Assembly: GCF_000025925.1 (NCBI RefSeq)
Contig: NC_014033.1
Span: 2,970,001-3,002,000 of the forward strand
Source: Xylanibacter ruminicola 23
Lineage (GTDB): Bacteria; Bacteroidota; Bacteroidia; Bacteroidales; Bacteroidaceae
Length of the DNA: 32,000 nucleotides
Direction: 5' to 3'
Shown piece after piece: positions 17,748-26,800 of the stretch (the stretch's first letter is position 1; every line of letters begins with the position of its first letter). The notes under the pieces were generated by a model, which saw nothing but the letters and a program-made list of their open reading frames with translations, searched no databases and had not been told where the DNA came from. The position numbers and the translations under genes were made by a program.

Positions 17748-19693
17748 ACGAAGATAACAACCTGATTAATCCCGAAACCGTCAATTACGACGAAGGTAAT
17801 ATCCAGACCCTTACCGGTTTGGAGCACATCCGCTTGCGCCCTGGTATGTATATCGGCCGATTGGGCGACGGATCATCAGCAGAAGACGGTATCTACGTGC
17901 TGCTGAAAGAAGTGTTTGATAACTCTATCGACGAATTCAAGATGAAAGCCGGCGATAGAATCGAAGTAAACGTAGAGGATAACTTGCGCATCTCAGTACG
18001 CGACTATGGTCGAGGCATCCCACAGGGCAAGCTGATCGAGTCGGTAAGCATCCTGAACACCAGCGGTAAGTTCGACTCTAAGGCCTTTAAGAAGTCAATC
18101 GGACTGAATGGTGTGGGTGTGAAGGCCGTTAACGCGCTGAGCAGCCATTTTGAGGTTCACAGCTATCGCGATGGTAAGGTACGTAAGGCCGTTTTTGAGT
18201 GCGGAAAACTGATTAGCGACGTAACCGAACCTTCGCAGGACGAGAACGGTACATACATCTACTTTGAGCCCGATGCTACGAAGTTCATCAACTACCAGTT
18301 CCACGATGAAATCGTAGAAAACATGCTTCGCAACTATACGTATCTGAACATCGGACTGACCATTATGTACAACGGTCGCCGCATTCTGTCGCGTCACGGA
18401 CTTGAGGATCTGCTGAAAGACCGCATGACCAGCGATGCACTCTACCCGATTGTTCACCTGCAGGGCGAGGATATCGAGATAGCCTTTACCCATGCTAACC
18501 AGTATGGCGAGGAGTACTACTCGTTTGTAAACGGACAGCATACCACCCAGGGCGGAACACATCAGAGCGCCTTTAAGGAGCATATTGCCCGTACTATCAA
18601 GGAGTTCTACGGCAAATACGAATACGGCGATATCCGCACAGGTATCGTAGCTGCCATCGCCATCAACGTAGAGGAGCCGCTGTTCGAGAGTCAGACTAAG
18701 ATCAAGCTGGGTTCGCTCACTATGGCTCCTGACGGCGGTGTGAGTGTGAACAAATACGTAGGCGACTTTATCAAGACCGAAGTTGACAACTATCTGCATA
18801 TCCATCAGGATGTGGCAGAAGTTCTGGAGAATAAGATTAAAGAGAGCGAGCGCGACCGCAAGGCAATGGCTGGTGTAACAAAACTGGCCCGCGAACGTGC
18901 CAAGAAAGCCAATCTGCACAACCGCAAACTGCGCGATTGCCGTATCCACTTCAGTGATGTGAAGAACGACCGCAAGGAAGAGTCGTGTATCTTTATCACC
19001 GAGGGTGATTCGGCCAGTGGAAGCATCACCAAGAGCCGCGATGTAAACACCCAGGCCGTATTCTCATTGCGTGGTAAACCCCTGAACTGTTTTGGATTAA
19101 CCAAGAAGGTAGTTTACGAGAACGAAGAATTCAATCTGTTACAGGCTGCTCTCGACATCGAAGAGAGTCTGGACACACTGAGATATAATAAGGTTATTGT
19201 GGCCACCGATGCCGATGTGGACGGTATGCATATCCGCCTGCTCATCATCACCTTCTTCCTGCAGTTCTTCCCCGAACTCATCAAGAAAGGCCACGTTTAC
19301 GTGTTGCAAACCCCATTGTTCCGCGTACGTAACCGCAGAACAAAGATCAAAAACAAGAAGACCATCGCCGAAGCGGATGCTAAATCTGACAAAAAAAGCG
19401 ATTTCATCACACGTTACTGCTATAGCGACGAAGAGCGACAGAAGGCCATCGAGGAGTTAGGACCAGACCCTGAGATTACTCGATTTAAAGGACTTGGTGA
19501 GATTTCGCCCGATGAATTCGCTGGTTTTATCGGTCCCGACATGCGTCTGGAGCAGGTAACGCTGCACAAAACCGACCAAGTAGCAAAGTTGCTGGAGTAC
19601 TACATGGGTAAGAACACTATGGAGCGCCAGAACTTTATTATCGATAATCTGGTGGTTGAGGAAGACCGCCCTGAAGAAGACATTTATGAATAA
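17726..19693 (+). CDS. parE: DNA topoisomerase IV subunit B (type IIA topoisomerase B subunit, ParE-type)
   Basis: It has the GHKL ATPase N-box ([12 protein letters not shown]), [14 protein letters not shown] ([13 protein letters not shown]) and [11 protein letters not shown]. The [21 protein letters not shown]-terminus is typical of Bacteroidota ParE rather than GyrB. An alternative start at ATG 17744 forms an ATGA overlap with the upstream stop. Confidence 0.88.
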   Translation: MFQKESMNEDNNLINPETVNYDEGNIQTLTGLEHIRLRPGMYIGRLGDGSSAEDGIYVLLKEVFDNSIDEFKMKAGDRIEVNVEDNLRISVRDYGRGIPQGKLIESVSILNTSGKFDSKAFKKSIGLNGVGVKAVNALSSHFEVHSYRDGKVRKAVFECGKLISDVTEPSQDENGTYIYFEPDATKFINYQFHDEIVENMLRNYTYLNIGLTIMYNGRRILSRHGLEDLLKDRMTSDALYPIVHLQGEDIEIAFTHANQYGEEYYSFVNGQHTTQGGTHQSAFKEHIARTIKEFYGKYEYGDIRTGIVAAIAINVEEPLFESQTKIKLGSLTMAPDGGVSVNKYVGDFIKTEVDNYLHIHQDVAEVLENKIKESERDRKAMAGVTKLARERAKKANLHNRKLRDCRIHFSDVKNDRKEESCIFITEGDSASGSITKSRDVNTQAVFSLRGKPLNCFGLTKKVVYENEEFNLLQAALDIEESLDTLRYNKVIVATDADVDGMHIRLLIITFFLQFFPELIKKGHVYVLQTPLFRVRNRRTKIKNKKTIAEADAKSDKKSDFITRYCYSDEERQKAIEELGPDPEITRFKGLGEISPDEFAGFIGPDMRLEQVTLHKTDQVAKLLEYYMGKNTMERQNFIIDNLVVEEDRPEEDIYE

Positions 19694-21587
19694 GACATTT
19701 GCCTCTTTGCTGCTGTGTATGGCATCAATGAATGCCCACGCGCAGTTCCGTATCAACAACAGCGATGACTCGCCTCTACGCAAGCTGCAGTTTGCCGAGA
19801 TAGCCATCAGCAACCTCTATGTAGATAGTGTAGACGAGAAAAAACTGGTTGAAGACGGTATCAGAGGCATGCTAGATAAGCTGGACCCCCACTCTTCGTA
19901 TCTAACGCCCAAGGAGGTAAAAGATGCCAACGAGCCCCTTGCAGGCAATTTTGAGGGTATCGGCGTACAGTTTAACCTTATCGAGGACACACTGCTGGTT
20001 ATTCAGCCCGTCACAAACGGTCCTTCAGAAAAGGTTGGTATCATCGCTGGCGACAGAATCATATCGGTAAACGATTCGGCTATCGCTGGCGTAAAGATGT
20101 CGAAAGAGGAGATTATGAAACGCCTGCGTGGTCCTAAGGGCACAAAAGTAAAACTGGGCGTTATCCGCCAAGGCATCAAAGACCGTCTTACATTTACCGT
20201 TACACGCGATAAAATCCCCGTAAAATCGGTAGATGCCGTATATATGATCCGTCCGCAGATAGGCTATATCCGCATTGGTAATTTCGGCGCTACAACCCAT
20301 CAGGAGTTCTTAGCGGGACTGAAAACGCTGCGCGACCAAGGTATGCAGCATCTCATTCTGGATTTACAGGAGAATGGCGGCGGCTATCTGAAGGCTGCGG
20401 TGGATATTGCTAACGAATTTCTGCAGAAAAACGATCTGATAGTGTACACCGAGGGCAGAAAGGTGCCCAGAACCGAATATAAGGCCGATGGAAGCGGCGT
20501 TTTTCGTCAGGGCAAGGTAATTGTACTCGTTGACAGTTATACGGCGTCAGCGGCCGAAATTGTAACCGGAGCGATACAGGATCAGGACCGCGGTATTGTG
20601 GTTGGTCGCCGTACGTTCGGTAAAGGCCTTGTTCAGCGCCCACTCGATTTGCCCGATGGCTCGATGATTCGTCTCACCATCGCCCACTACTACACCCCAT
20701 CAGGTCGCTGTATTCAGAAGCCTTACACCAAAGGCGAGAACCGCGACTATGCGATGGATGTGATTAACCGACTGAAAAGCGGCGAGCTGACGAATGCCGA
20801 CAGTATCCACTTTGCCGACTCGCTGAAGTATCAGACATTACGCGAGCATCGTACCGTTTACGGCGGTGGAGGTATCATGCCCGACGAATACTGCCCGCTG
20901 GATACCACCATCTATACCAAATTCCATCGCGAGTTGGCAGCTAAAAGCATCATCCTGCAGCAGAACCTGCGCTATGTGGATAATCATCGCAAGCAGCTGA
21001 AGAAGGCCTGGCCATCGTTCGCTGAGTTCAAAGAAAAATATGAAGTACCACAGGATTTGGTAGACACCATTCTAAAGAATGGTGAGAAACAGAATATCAA
21101 GCCCAAAGATCAGGCAGAACTCGAAAAGACACTGCCCTATTTGCGCCTACAACTCAAGGCCCTGATAGCACGCGATATTTGGGATATGAGCGAGTATTTC
21201 TCTGTATTCAACGAAGAAAACGCGATGGTAAAGCGCGCACTTGAGGTAATTGCTAAGCAGGCGTTTACAACCATCGATGTAGATAAATTCCAAAAGACAC
21301 TCGAGAACTGCGCCAACGACTGCGTGCTGGTAGACGTACGCACACCTGAGGAATATAACGCAGAACACCTGAAAGGCGCAGTCAATATCGACGTGAAAGA
21401 TAGTCTGAATTTCATGAAGAAAGCAACAGACATGCTGCCAAAGGAAAAGACCATCATGGTATATTGCCGCACAGGCCATCGTAGCAGCATGGCTGCAGGA
21501 AAACTAGCAGCCGCGGGTTACAAGGTACTGAACCTTAAAGGCGGCATAACGGCATGGAAAGAAGCCGAGAAAGAGACAGTAAAATAA
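19686..21587 (+). CDS. S41 family C-terminal processing peptidase (PDZ-containing) fused to a C-terminal rhodanese domain
   Basis: I chose the start at the signal peptide [20 protein letters not shown], which overlaps the parE stop by 8 nt. The PDZ segment is GIGVQF ... [18 protein letters not shown]. The S41 catalytic Ser lies in SYTASAAEI and the Lys in RTFGKGLVQ. The last ~107 aa (21264-21584) form a rhodanese fold with the active-site loop VYCRTGHRS. Confidence 0.85.
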   Translation: MNKTFASLLLCMASMNAHAQFRINNSDDSPLRKLQFAEIAISNLYVDSVDEKKLVEDGIRGMLDKLDPHSSYLTPKEVKDANEPLAGNFEGIGVQFNLIEDTLLVIQPVTNGPSEKVGIIAGDRIISVNDSAIAGVKMSKEEIMKRLRGPKGTKVKLGVIRQGIKDRLTFTVTRDKIPVKSVDAVYMIRPQIGYIRIGNFGATTHQEFLAGLKTLRDQGMQHLILDLQENGGGYLKAAVDIANEFLQKNDLIVYTEGRKVPRTEYKADGSGVFRQGKVIVLVDSYTASAAEIVTGAIQDQDRGIVVGRRTFGKGLVQRPLDLPDGSMIRLTIAHYYTPSGRCIQKPYTKGENRDYAMDVINRLKSGELTNADSIHFADSLKYQTLREHRTVYGGGGIMPDEYCPLDTTIYTKFHRELAAKSIILQQNLRYVDNHRKQLKKAWPSFAEFKEKYEVPQDLVDTILKNGEKQNIKPKDQAELEKTLPYLRLQLKALIARDIWDMSEYFSVFNEENAMVKRALEVIAKQAFTTIDVDKFQKTLENCANDCVLVDVRTPEEYNAEHLKGAVNIDVKDSLNFMKKATDMLPKEKTIMVYCRTGHRSSMAAGKLAAAGYKVLNLKGGITAWKEAEKETVK

Positions 21588-21591
21588 GAAT

Positions 21592-23505
21592 ATGATATTA
21601 AAGTACGATGTAATTGTTATCGGAGGCGGTCACGCGGGATGCGAGGCCGCTTGTGCTTCGGCCAACATGGGCGCGAAGACCTGTCTGGTAACGATGGATA
21701 TGAACAAGATTGCACAAATGTCGTGCAATCCAGCTATAGGCGGCATTGCTAAAGGTCAGATAGTCAGGGAGATAGACGCTTTAGGAGGTCAGATGGGATT
21801 GGTTACTGACGCCACTTCTATCCAGTTCCGCATGCTGAACGTTGGTAAGGGTCCAGCCGTTTGGAGCCCTCGCGCTCAATGCGATCGCGGCAAGTTTATC
21901 TGGGAATGGCGCCGTACAATCGATGAAACCGATAATCTGGATGTGTGGCAGGACCAGGCCGACGAATTGCTTACAGAGCCCATTTCAGGCTCTGAGAGCG
22001 GCGCTATCCGTGCCGTTGGAGTACGTACCATCTGGGGCACAGAAATCTACGCCAAGAGCATTGTAATCACCGCAGGAACGTTTCTGAATGGTTTGATGCA
22101 TATCGGCAGAAAGATGGTACCAGGCGGACGTATAGCCGAACCTGCTGTACCCCATTTCACCGAGAGTATCACCCGTCACGGCGTAACAGCAGCCCGTATG
22201 AAAACCGGTACGCCTGTACGTATAGATAAACGTTCGGTTCATTTCGAGGACCTGGAAGTACAGCCTGGCGAAACACGCCCCTATCAGTTCAGCTATATGA
22301 ATAAAGGTGGCGCATTAAAGCAGTTACCATGCTGGACAGTAAATACCAACGCCGAAGTACACGAGATTCTGAAGAGCGGATTGGCGGATTCACCGCTATA
22401 TAACGGTCAGATTCAATCGATAGGACCGCGTTATTGTCCCTCGATCGAAACGAAGCTGGTTACTTTCCCCGACCGCGATAAGCATCCATTATTCCTGGAG
22501 CCAGAGGGCGAGGATACCAACGAGATGTATCTGAATGGCTTCTCGTCGTCGCTGCCGATGGATGTTCAGATAGAGGCACTGAAAAAGATGCCAGCCTTCA
22601 GAGACGTAAAGGTATATCGCCCAGGTTACGCCATCGAATACGATTTCTTCGATCCTACCCAACTGAATCATTCGTTGGAATCGAAGATAATAGATGGATT
22701 ATTCATGGCCGGACAGGTTAACGGAACAACCGGTTACGAGGAAGCTGGCGGACAAGGAACCTTGGCGGGTATCAACGCAGCACTGAAAGCTGGTTGCGCT
22801 GGTAGCGATACTGCCAACAAGCAGTTTGTACTGCATCGCGACGAGGCTTATATTGGCGTATTAATCGATGATTTGGTAACAAAAGGCGTCGACGAGCCTT
22901 ACCGCATGTTTACCTCAAGAGCCGAATATCGTATTCTGCTGCGCCAGGACGATGCCGATGCGCGTCTCACAGAGAAAGCTTATGAATTAGGTATCGTAAA
23001 AAAAGACCGCTACGATTGGTGGCTTCAGAAAAAGCAAGCTATCGAAGAAATCGAAGCTTTCTGTCAGAACTTCGCCATCAAACCTCGTCTGATCAACTCT
23101 GCACTCGAGGCTCTTGGCACTACCCCACTACAGTTTGGTTGCAAACTGTCAGATTTGGTTAACCGTCCGCAGTTGAACCTCAAGAATCTCTCAGAAGTGA
23201 TTCCATCGCTCAAAGAAGCACTTGATCGCCCATCCAATCGAAAAGAAGAGATAGCCGAAGCTGCAGAGATTCGTATGAAATATAAAGGTTATATCGAGCG
23301 CGAACGATTGGTAGCCGACAAGATGCATCGTTTGGAGAATATCCGAATAAAAGGTCGCTTTAACTACGAAGAACTGCAAGGTCTTTCTACCGAATGCCGA
23401 CAGAAGCTGCAGAAAATTCAGCCCGAGACGTTAGCACAGGCCAGTCGCATCCCAGGTGTATCGCCCAGCGACATTAATGTGCTGTTGGTACTGATGGGTA
23501 GATAA
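21592..23505 (+). CDS. mnmG: tRNA uridine-5-carboxymethylaminomethyl synthesis enzyme MnmG (GidA)
   Basis: 637 aa. It has an N-terminal FAD motif (YDVIVIGGGHAGCEAA), then CNPAIGG, GPRYCPSIE and the C-terminal GVSPSDINVLL. Confidence 0.95.
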   Translation: MILKYDVIVIGGGHAGCEAACASANMGAKTCLVTMDMNKIAQMSCNPAIGGIAKGQIVREIDALGGQMGLVTDATSIQFRMLNVGKGPAVWSPRAQCDRGKFIWEWRRTIDETDNLDVWQDQADELLTEPISGSESGAIRAVGVRTIWGTEIYAKSIVITAGTFLNGLMHIGRKMVPGGRIAEPAVPHFTESITRHGVTAARMKTGTPVRIDKRSVHFEDLEVQPGETRPYQFSYMNKGGALKQLPCWTVNTNAEVHEILKSGLADSPLYNGQIQSIGPRYCPSIETKLVTFPDRDKHPLFLEPEGEDTNEMYLNGFSSSLPMDVQIEALKKMPAFRDVKVYRPGYAIEYDFFDPTQLNHSLESKIIDGLFMAGQVNGTTGYEEAGGQGTLAGINAALKAGCAGSDTANKQFVLHRDEAYIGVLIDDLVTKGVDEPYRMFTSRAEYRILLRQDDADARLTEKAYELGIVKKDRYDWWLQKKQAIEEIEAFCQNFAIKPRLINSALEALGTTPLQFGCKLSDLVNRPQLNLKNLSEVIPSLKEALDRPSNRKEEIAEAAEIRMKYKGYIERERLVADKMHRLENIRIKGRFNYEELQGLSTECRQKLQKIQPETLAQASRIPGVSPSDINVLLVLMGR

Positions 23506-23521
23506 TGTTCCACGTGAAACA
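23506..23521. promoter_or_regulatory. parS: parS centromere-like ParB-binding site, copy 1
   Basis: TGTTCCACGTGAAACA is a 16/16 match to the Bacillus subtilis Spo0J/ParB site consensus TGTTNCACGTGAAACA. It begins directly after the mnmG TAA stop. Confidence 0.8.
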
Positions 23522-23555
23522 AAGGAATAGAACAAACAAGCATAACTCACTGATT

Positions 23556-24083
23556 ATGAACAACAAAACATTGATTGACAATCTGCGTTGCATACCAGAT
23601 TTCCCAAAGAAGGGCATCAACTTCAGAGATGTTACTACACTCTACAAGAATGCCGAGTGCATGAAGATTATGATGGATGAATTGGTGGAGCTTTACAAAG
23701 ATAAAGGCATCACCAAGATTGTTGGTATCGAAAGTCGCGGTTTCATCCTAGGCGCTGCCCTCGCAGCCAGATTAGGTTGCGGTTTCGTGATGGCAAGAAA
23801 ACCAGGAAAACTGCCCGCTACAGTTATCAAAGAATCATTCTCTAAGGAATATGGTGTAGATACCATCGAGATGCACATCGATTCTATCGAGCCCGACGAT
23901 GTGGTTCTGATTCACGACGATCTGTTAGCAACAGGCGGAACCGCCAAGGCAGCTTACAAACTGGTACAGCACTTCCACCCCAAGAAGGTATTCATCAATT
24001 TTATTATTGAAATTACAGACGAGGGATTACATGGTAGAGACGAGTTTAAAGGTATTGACCTGACAACGTTACTCACTATCTAA
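23556..24083 (+). CDS. apt: Adenine phosphoribosyltransferase
   Basis: MNNKTLIDNLRCIPDFPKKGINFRDVTTL is a typical Apt N-terminus, and the PRPP-binding motif VVLIHDDLLATGGTA is present. The ORF-track start at 23505 is an artefact of the ATG that overlaps parS. Confidence 0.92.
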   Translation: MNNKTLIDNLRCIPDFPKKGINFRDVTTLYKNAECMKIMMDELVELYKDKGITKIVGIESRGFILGAALAARLGCGFVMARKPGKLPATVIKESFSKEYGVDTIEMHIDSIEPDDVVLIHDDLLATGGTAKAAYKLVQHFHPKKVFINFIIEITDEGLHGRDEFKGIDLTTLLTI

Positions 24084-24087
24084 TAAT

Positions 24088-24103
24088 TGTTCCACGTGAA
24101 ACA
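24088..24103. promoter_or_regulatory. parS: parS centromere-like ParB-binding site, copy 2
   Basis: This is a second exact TGTTCCACGTGAAACA, 4 nt after the apt stop and 582 bp from copy 1 in the same orientation. Confidence 0.8.
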
Positions 24104-24147
24104 CAGTCCCGCGAAACACCTTTAAACACTAAGGGTTCGCGGGACTG
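24104..24147 (+). terminator. Strong hairpin after apt; putative terminator that lacks a U-tract
   Basis: CAGTCCCGCGAA (24104-24115) pairs perfectly with TTCGCGGGACTG (24136-24147). The stem extends 5 bp further (24119-24123 with 24131-24135) after a 3-nt bulge. It is followed by ATAAATTAAAAAGG, which is not T-rich. It directly abuts parS copy 2. Confidence 0.45.
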
Positions 24148-24188
24148 ATAAATTAAAAAGGTACACAAAACAAAACGCGCAAACAAAG

Positions 24189-26021
24189 ATGACGAAGGAA
24201 GAAAACGAAAAACGATTAGAATATCTGAAGGGTATCGTACGTAGGTTGCCAGACAAACCTGGCAGCTATCAGTTTTACGACGAGGAGCACACCATCATCT
24301 ACGTAGGAAAGGCGAAAAGTTTAAAAAACAGAGTATCGAGTTACTTTCATACCGAAGTAGACAGATTCAAAACAAAAGTACTCGTCAGCAAGATATTCGA
24401 TATCAGCTACACCGTAGTAAATACCGAAGAGGATGCCCTACTCTTAGAAAATTCGCTCATAAAGAAATACAATCCTCGCTATAACGTATTACTGAAGGAC
24501 GGTAAAACCTACCCTTCTATCGTCATCACCAACGAATTCTTCCCACGCATCTTTAAAACACGTACCATCAACAAACATTGGGGATCTTATTACGGACCTT
24601 ACGCCAAAGTAAGCGCTATGTACGATGTGCTGAATCTGATAAAAGAGCTGTATCAGCCACGTACATGCCGCCAGCCCATCACAAAAGAGGGCGTTGAAAG
24701 CGGAAGATATCGCGTTTGTTTAGACTATCACATCAAGAAATGTAAGGGCCCCTGCGTAGGCAAACAGACCTACGAGGATTATCAAAAGAACATCGCTCAA
24801 GCACGTGAGATCCTGAAAGGAAATACTCGAGAGGTATTGAAGGATTTAAAAGACGAGATGCTCCGACTCTCTGAAGAACTGAGATTCGAGGAAGCCGAAG
24901 AAGTAAAACGTAAGTATCTGGCGCTCGACGGCTTTGTTAGCAAGAGTCAGGTAGTAAGTCAAACCATCGATAAAGTGGACGTATTTACGATTACATCCGA
25001 TGAAAAGATGGCATTCATCAACTATATTCACGTATCAAACGGCAGCATCAACCAGAGTTTTACTATCGAATACAAAAAGAAACTGAACGAGACCGACGAA
25101 GAACTACTGCAGTTAGGTATCGTAGAAATCAGAGAACGTTTTAAGAGCGATTCGAAAGAAATCATCGTGCAAAAAGAAGTGGATGTAGAACTAGAAGGCG
25201 TGAAGTTTACTATCCCCAAACTGGGCGATAAAAAGATGCTGTTAGACCTCTCTATGATGAACTGTAAGGAGTATAAATTCGACCGTCTAAAGCAGGCCGA
25301 AAAACTGAATCCCGAACAGAAACAAACACGACTGATGAAGGAACTGCAGGACAAGTTGCATCTGCCCTCACTACCCTACCAGATTGAATGCTTCGACAAC
25401 TCAAACATCTCGGGTACAGACGCCGTTGCTGCTTGCATTGTTTTCAAGAAAATGAAGCCTTCGAAAAGCGATTATAAGCGCTATAACATCAAGACAGTAG
25501 TTGGTCCAGATGATTATGCATCAATGAAAGAGGTAGTGCATCGTCGATATTCGCGATTGATTGAAGAAGAGCAGCCCCTACCCGACCTGATTATAGCCGA
25601 TGGTGGTAAAGGACAAATGGAGGTAATCCGCGAGGTAATTCAGGACGAACTGAACCTGGATATACCTATCGCCGGACTAGCTAAAGATGACCGTCACCGC
25701 ACCAACGAACTGCTGTACGGATTCCCTCCAATGAAGATTGCCCTAAAGGTTGAATCTGAGCTATTCCATGTGCTTACTCATATTCAGGACGAAGTACATC
25801 GTTTTGCTATCACTTTCCATCGAGATAAGCGTTCTAAACGCGCTTTACACTCAGAGTTGGATGATATCAAAGGAATCGGACCAAAAACGCGTGACGAGCT
25901 TCTAAATGCCCTTAAATCGGTTAAAAAGATACGCGAGGCCGAACTACCTACCCTATCCGAGATAATCGGCCCTGCCAAGGCACAAATTATCTACCAGCAT
26001 TTTCACAAAGAGGAAATATAG
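24189..26021 (+). CDS. uvrC: Excinuclease ABC subunit C (UvrC)
   Basis: 610 aa. It has a GIY-YIG domain (GSYQFYDEEHTIIYVGKAKSLKNRVSSY ... ENSLIKKYNPRYN), a UvrBC-interaction region, an RNase H-like endonuclease domain (IECFDNSN) and a C-terminal helix-hairpin-helix (LDDIKGIGPKTRDELL). Confidence 0.95.
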   Translation: MTKEENEKRLEYLKGIVRRLPDKPGSYQFYDEEHTIIYVGKAKSLKNRVSSYFHTEVDRFKTKVLVSKIFDISYTVVNTEEDALLLENSLIKKYNPRYNVLLKDGKTYPSIVITNEFFPRIFKTRTINKHWGSYYGPYAKVSAMYDVLNLIKELYQPRTCRQPITKEGVESGRYRVCLDYHIKKCKGPCVGKQTYEDYQKNIAQAREILKGNTREVLKDLKDEMLRLSEELRFEEAEEVKRKYLALDGFVSKSQVVSQTIDKVDVFTITSDEKMAFINYIHVSNGSINQSFTIEYKKKLNETDEELLQLGIVEIRERFKSDSKEIIVQKEVDVELEGVKFTIPKLGDKKMLLDLSMMNCKEYKFDRLKQAEKLNPEQKQTRLMKELQDKLHLPSLPYQIECFDNSNISGTDAVAACIVFKKMKPSKSDYKRYNIKTVVGPDDYASMKEVVHRRYSRLIEEEQPLPDLIIADGGKGQMEVIREVIQDELNLDIPIAGLAKDDRHRTNELLYGFPPMKIALKVESELFHVLTHIQDEVHRFAITFHRDKRSKRALHSELDDIKGIGPKTRDELLNALKSVKKIREAELPTLSEIIGPAKAQIIYQHFHKEEI

Positions 26022-26080
26022 CGTTCGGCAAGGGCAAACAATACATTAGCAATACCCAAACAGCACGTTTATAAAACTGA

Positions 26081-26272
26081 ACTTTGTGACTGTGATTTTG
26101 TGACATTAAGCATCATACAAAATGCAGAAATTAGAGAATGGGGGAAATAAAAGTATTATGATAAATAGTAATATATAATATATTATAATTATATATAATT
26201 ATAAAACTATAGTTTTACCCATTCTTTGCTAATGGCACCCCCTTAATGTCACAAAGTCAAAAGTCACAAAGT
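26081..26272. repeat. Imperfect ~190-bp palindrome (long hairpin or cruciform-capable) with GTGAC iterons and an extremely AT-rich core
   Basis: The left arm is ACTTTGTGAC-TGTGATT-TTGTGACATTAAG (26081-26110). The reverse complement of 26242-26272 is ACTTTGTGAC-TTTTGACT-TTGTGACATTAAG. A further pairing joins ATTAG+AGAATGGG (26130-26142) with CCCATTCT-ttg-CTAAT (26218-26233). The core 26145-26217 has 5 G/C in 73 nt and contains a perfect 16-bp palindrome, TAAAACTATAGTTTTA (26202-26217). Confidence 0.75.
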
Positions 26273-26292
26273 AGAAATTGAACAAAATAAAA

Positions 26293-26324
26293 TTTGGATA
26301 ATTCAGCTATTTATCGTATCTTTG
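26293..26324 (+). promoter_or_regulatory. Bacteroidota promoter (-33 TTTG and -7 TAnnTTTG) for the dtd operon
   Basis: TTTG (26293-26296) is followed by a 20-nt spacer and then TATCTTTG (26317-26324), which lies 20 nt upstream of the ATG at 26345. Confidence 0.6.
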
Positions 26325-26344
26325 CGGCAAAATAAAGAAAAGTA

Positions 26345-26797
26345 ATGAGAGCAGTTATACAACGCGTTACCCACGCCAGCGTTACCATCGAGGGCAAAGT
26401 AAATGGACAGATAGACCAGGGCTACCTGATTCTGTTGGGCATTTGCGATGAAGACTCAATGGAAGATGTGGATTGGCTGGTAAAAAAGATAGCCAATCTG
26501 CGCGTGTTTGGCGATGAGAACGATGTAATGAACCGTTCGATACTCGATATTGACGGCAACTGTCTGGTAGTCAGCCAGTTCACACTGTACGCAAGCTACA
26601 AAAAGGGCAATCGCCCTTCATGGTTCCGTGCAGGCTCTCACGAGCACTCCATCCCACTCTACCAGGCCTTCTGCGCACAGCTGTCAGAGGCCATCGGCAA
26701 GCAGGTAGCCACAGGCGAATTCGGCGCCGATATGAAAGTAGAACTGCTTAACGACGGTCCTGTAACCATCTGCATGGACACAAAAAACAAGGAATAA
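26345..26797 (+). CDS. dtd: D-aminoacyl-tRNA deacylase
   Basis: 150 aa. MRAVIQRVTHASVTIEGKV ... LVVSQFTLYA ... KGNRPSW ... are classic Dtd signatures. Confidence 0.93.
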   Translation: MRAVIQRVTHASVTIEGKVNGQIDQGYLILLGICDEDSMEDVDWLVKKIANLRVFGDENDVMNRSILDIDGNCLVVSQFTLYASYKKGNRPSWFRAGSHEHSIPLYQAFCAQLSEAIGKQVATGEFGADMKVELLNDGPVTICMDTKNKE

Positions 26798-26800
26798 GCG

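Noticed and set aside
23505-23555. The ORF-track N-terminal extension of apt (MFHVKQRNRTNKHNSLI...).
   Set aside because: The ATG at 23505 straddles the mnmG stop codon and the first two bases of the parS 16-mer, so the FHVK codons are simply parS translated. The canonical Apt N-terminus begins at ATG 23556.
26081-26272. Calling the palindromic element a MITE outright and annotating it as a mobile element.
   Set aside because: I could find no target-site duplication flanking the arms (left flank ...AAAACTGA, right flank AGAAATTG...), and copy number cannot be assessed from one window. It is kept as one hypothesis in the findings and not annotated as a mobile element.
26081-26301. I considered whether the AT-rich palindrome, with TTTGGATAA at 26293-26301 (8/9 match to the DnaA box TGTGGATAA), could be oriC, given the nearby parS sites and mnmG.
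   Set aside because: There is only one degenerate DnaA-box-like 9-mer in the whole 323-bp spacer, and other candidates match 5/9 or fewer. Its TTTG is better explained as the -33 element, sitting 20 nt upstream of the TATCTTTG -7 box of dtd. Real origins carry clusters of DnaA boxes.
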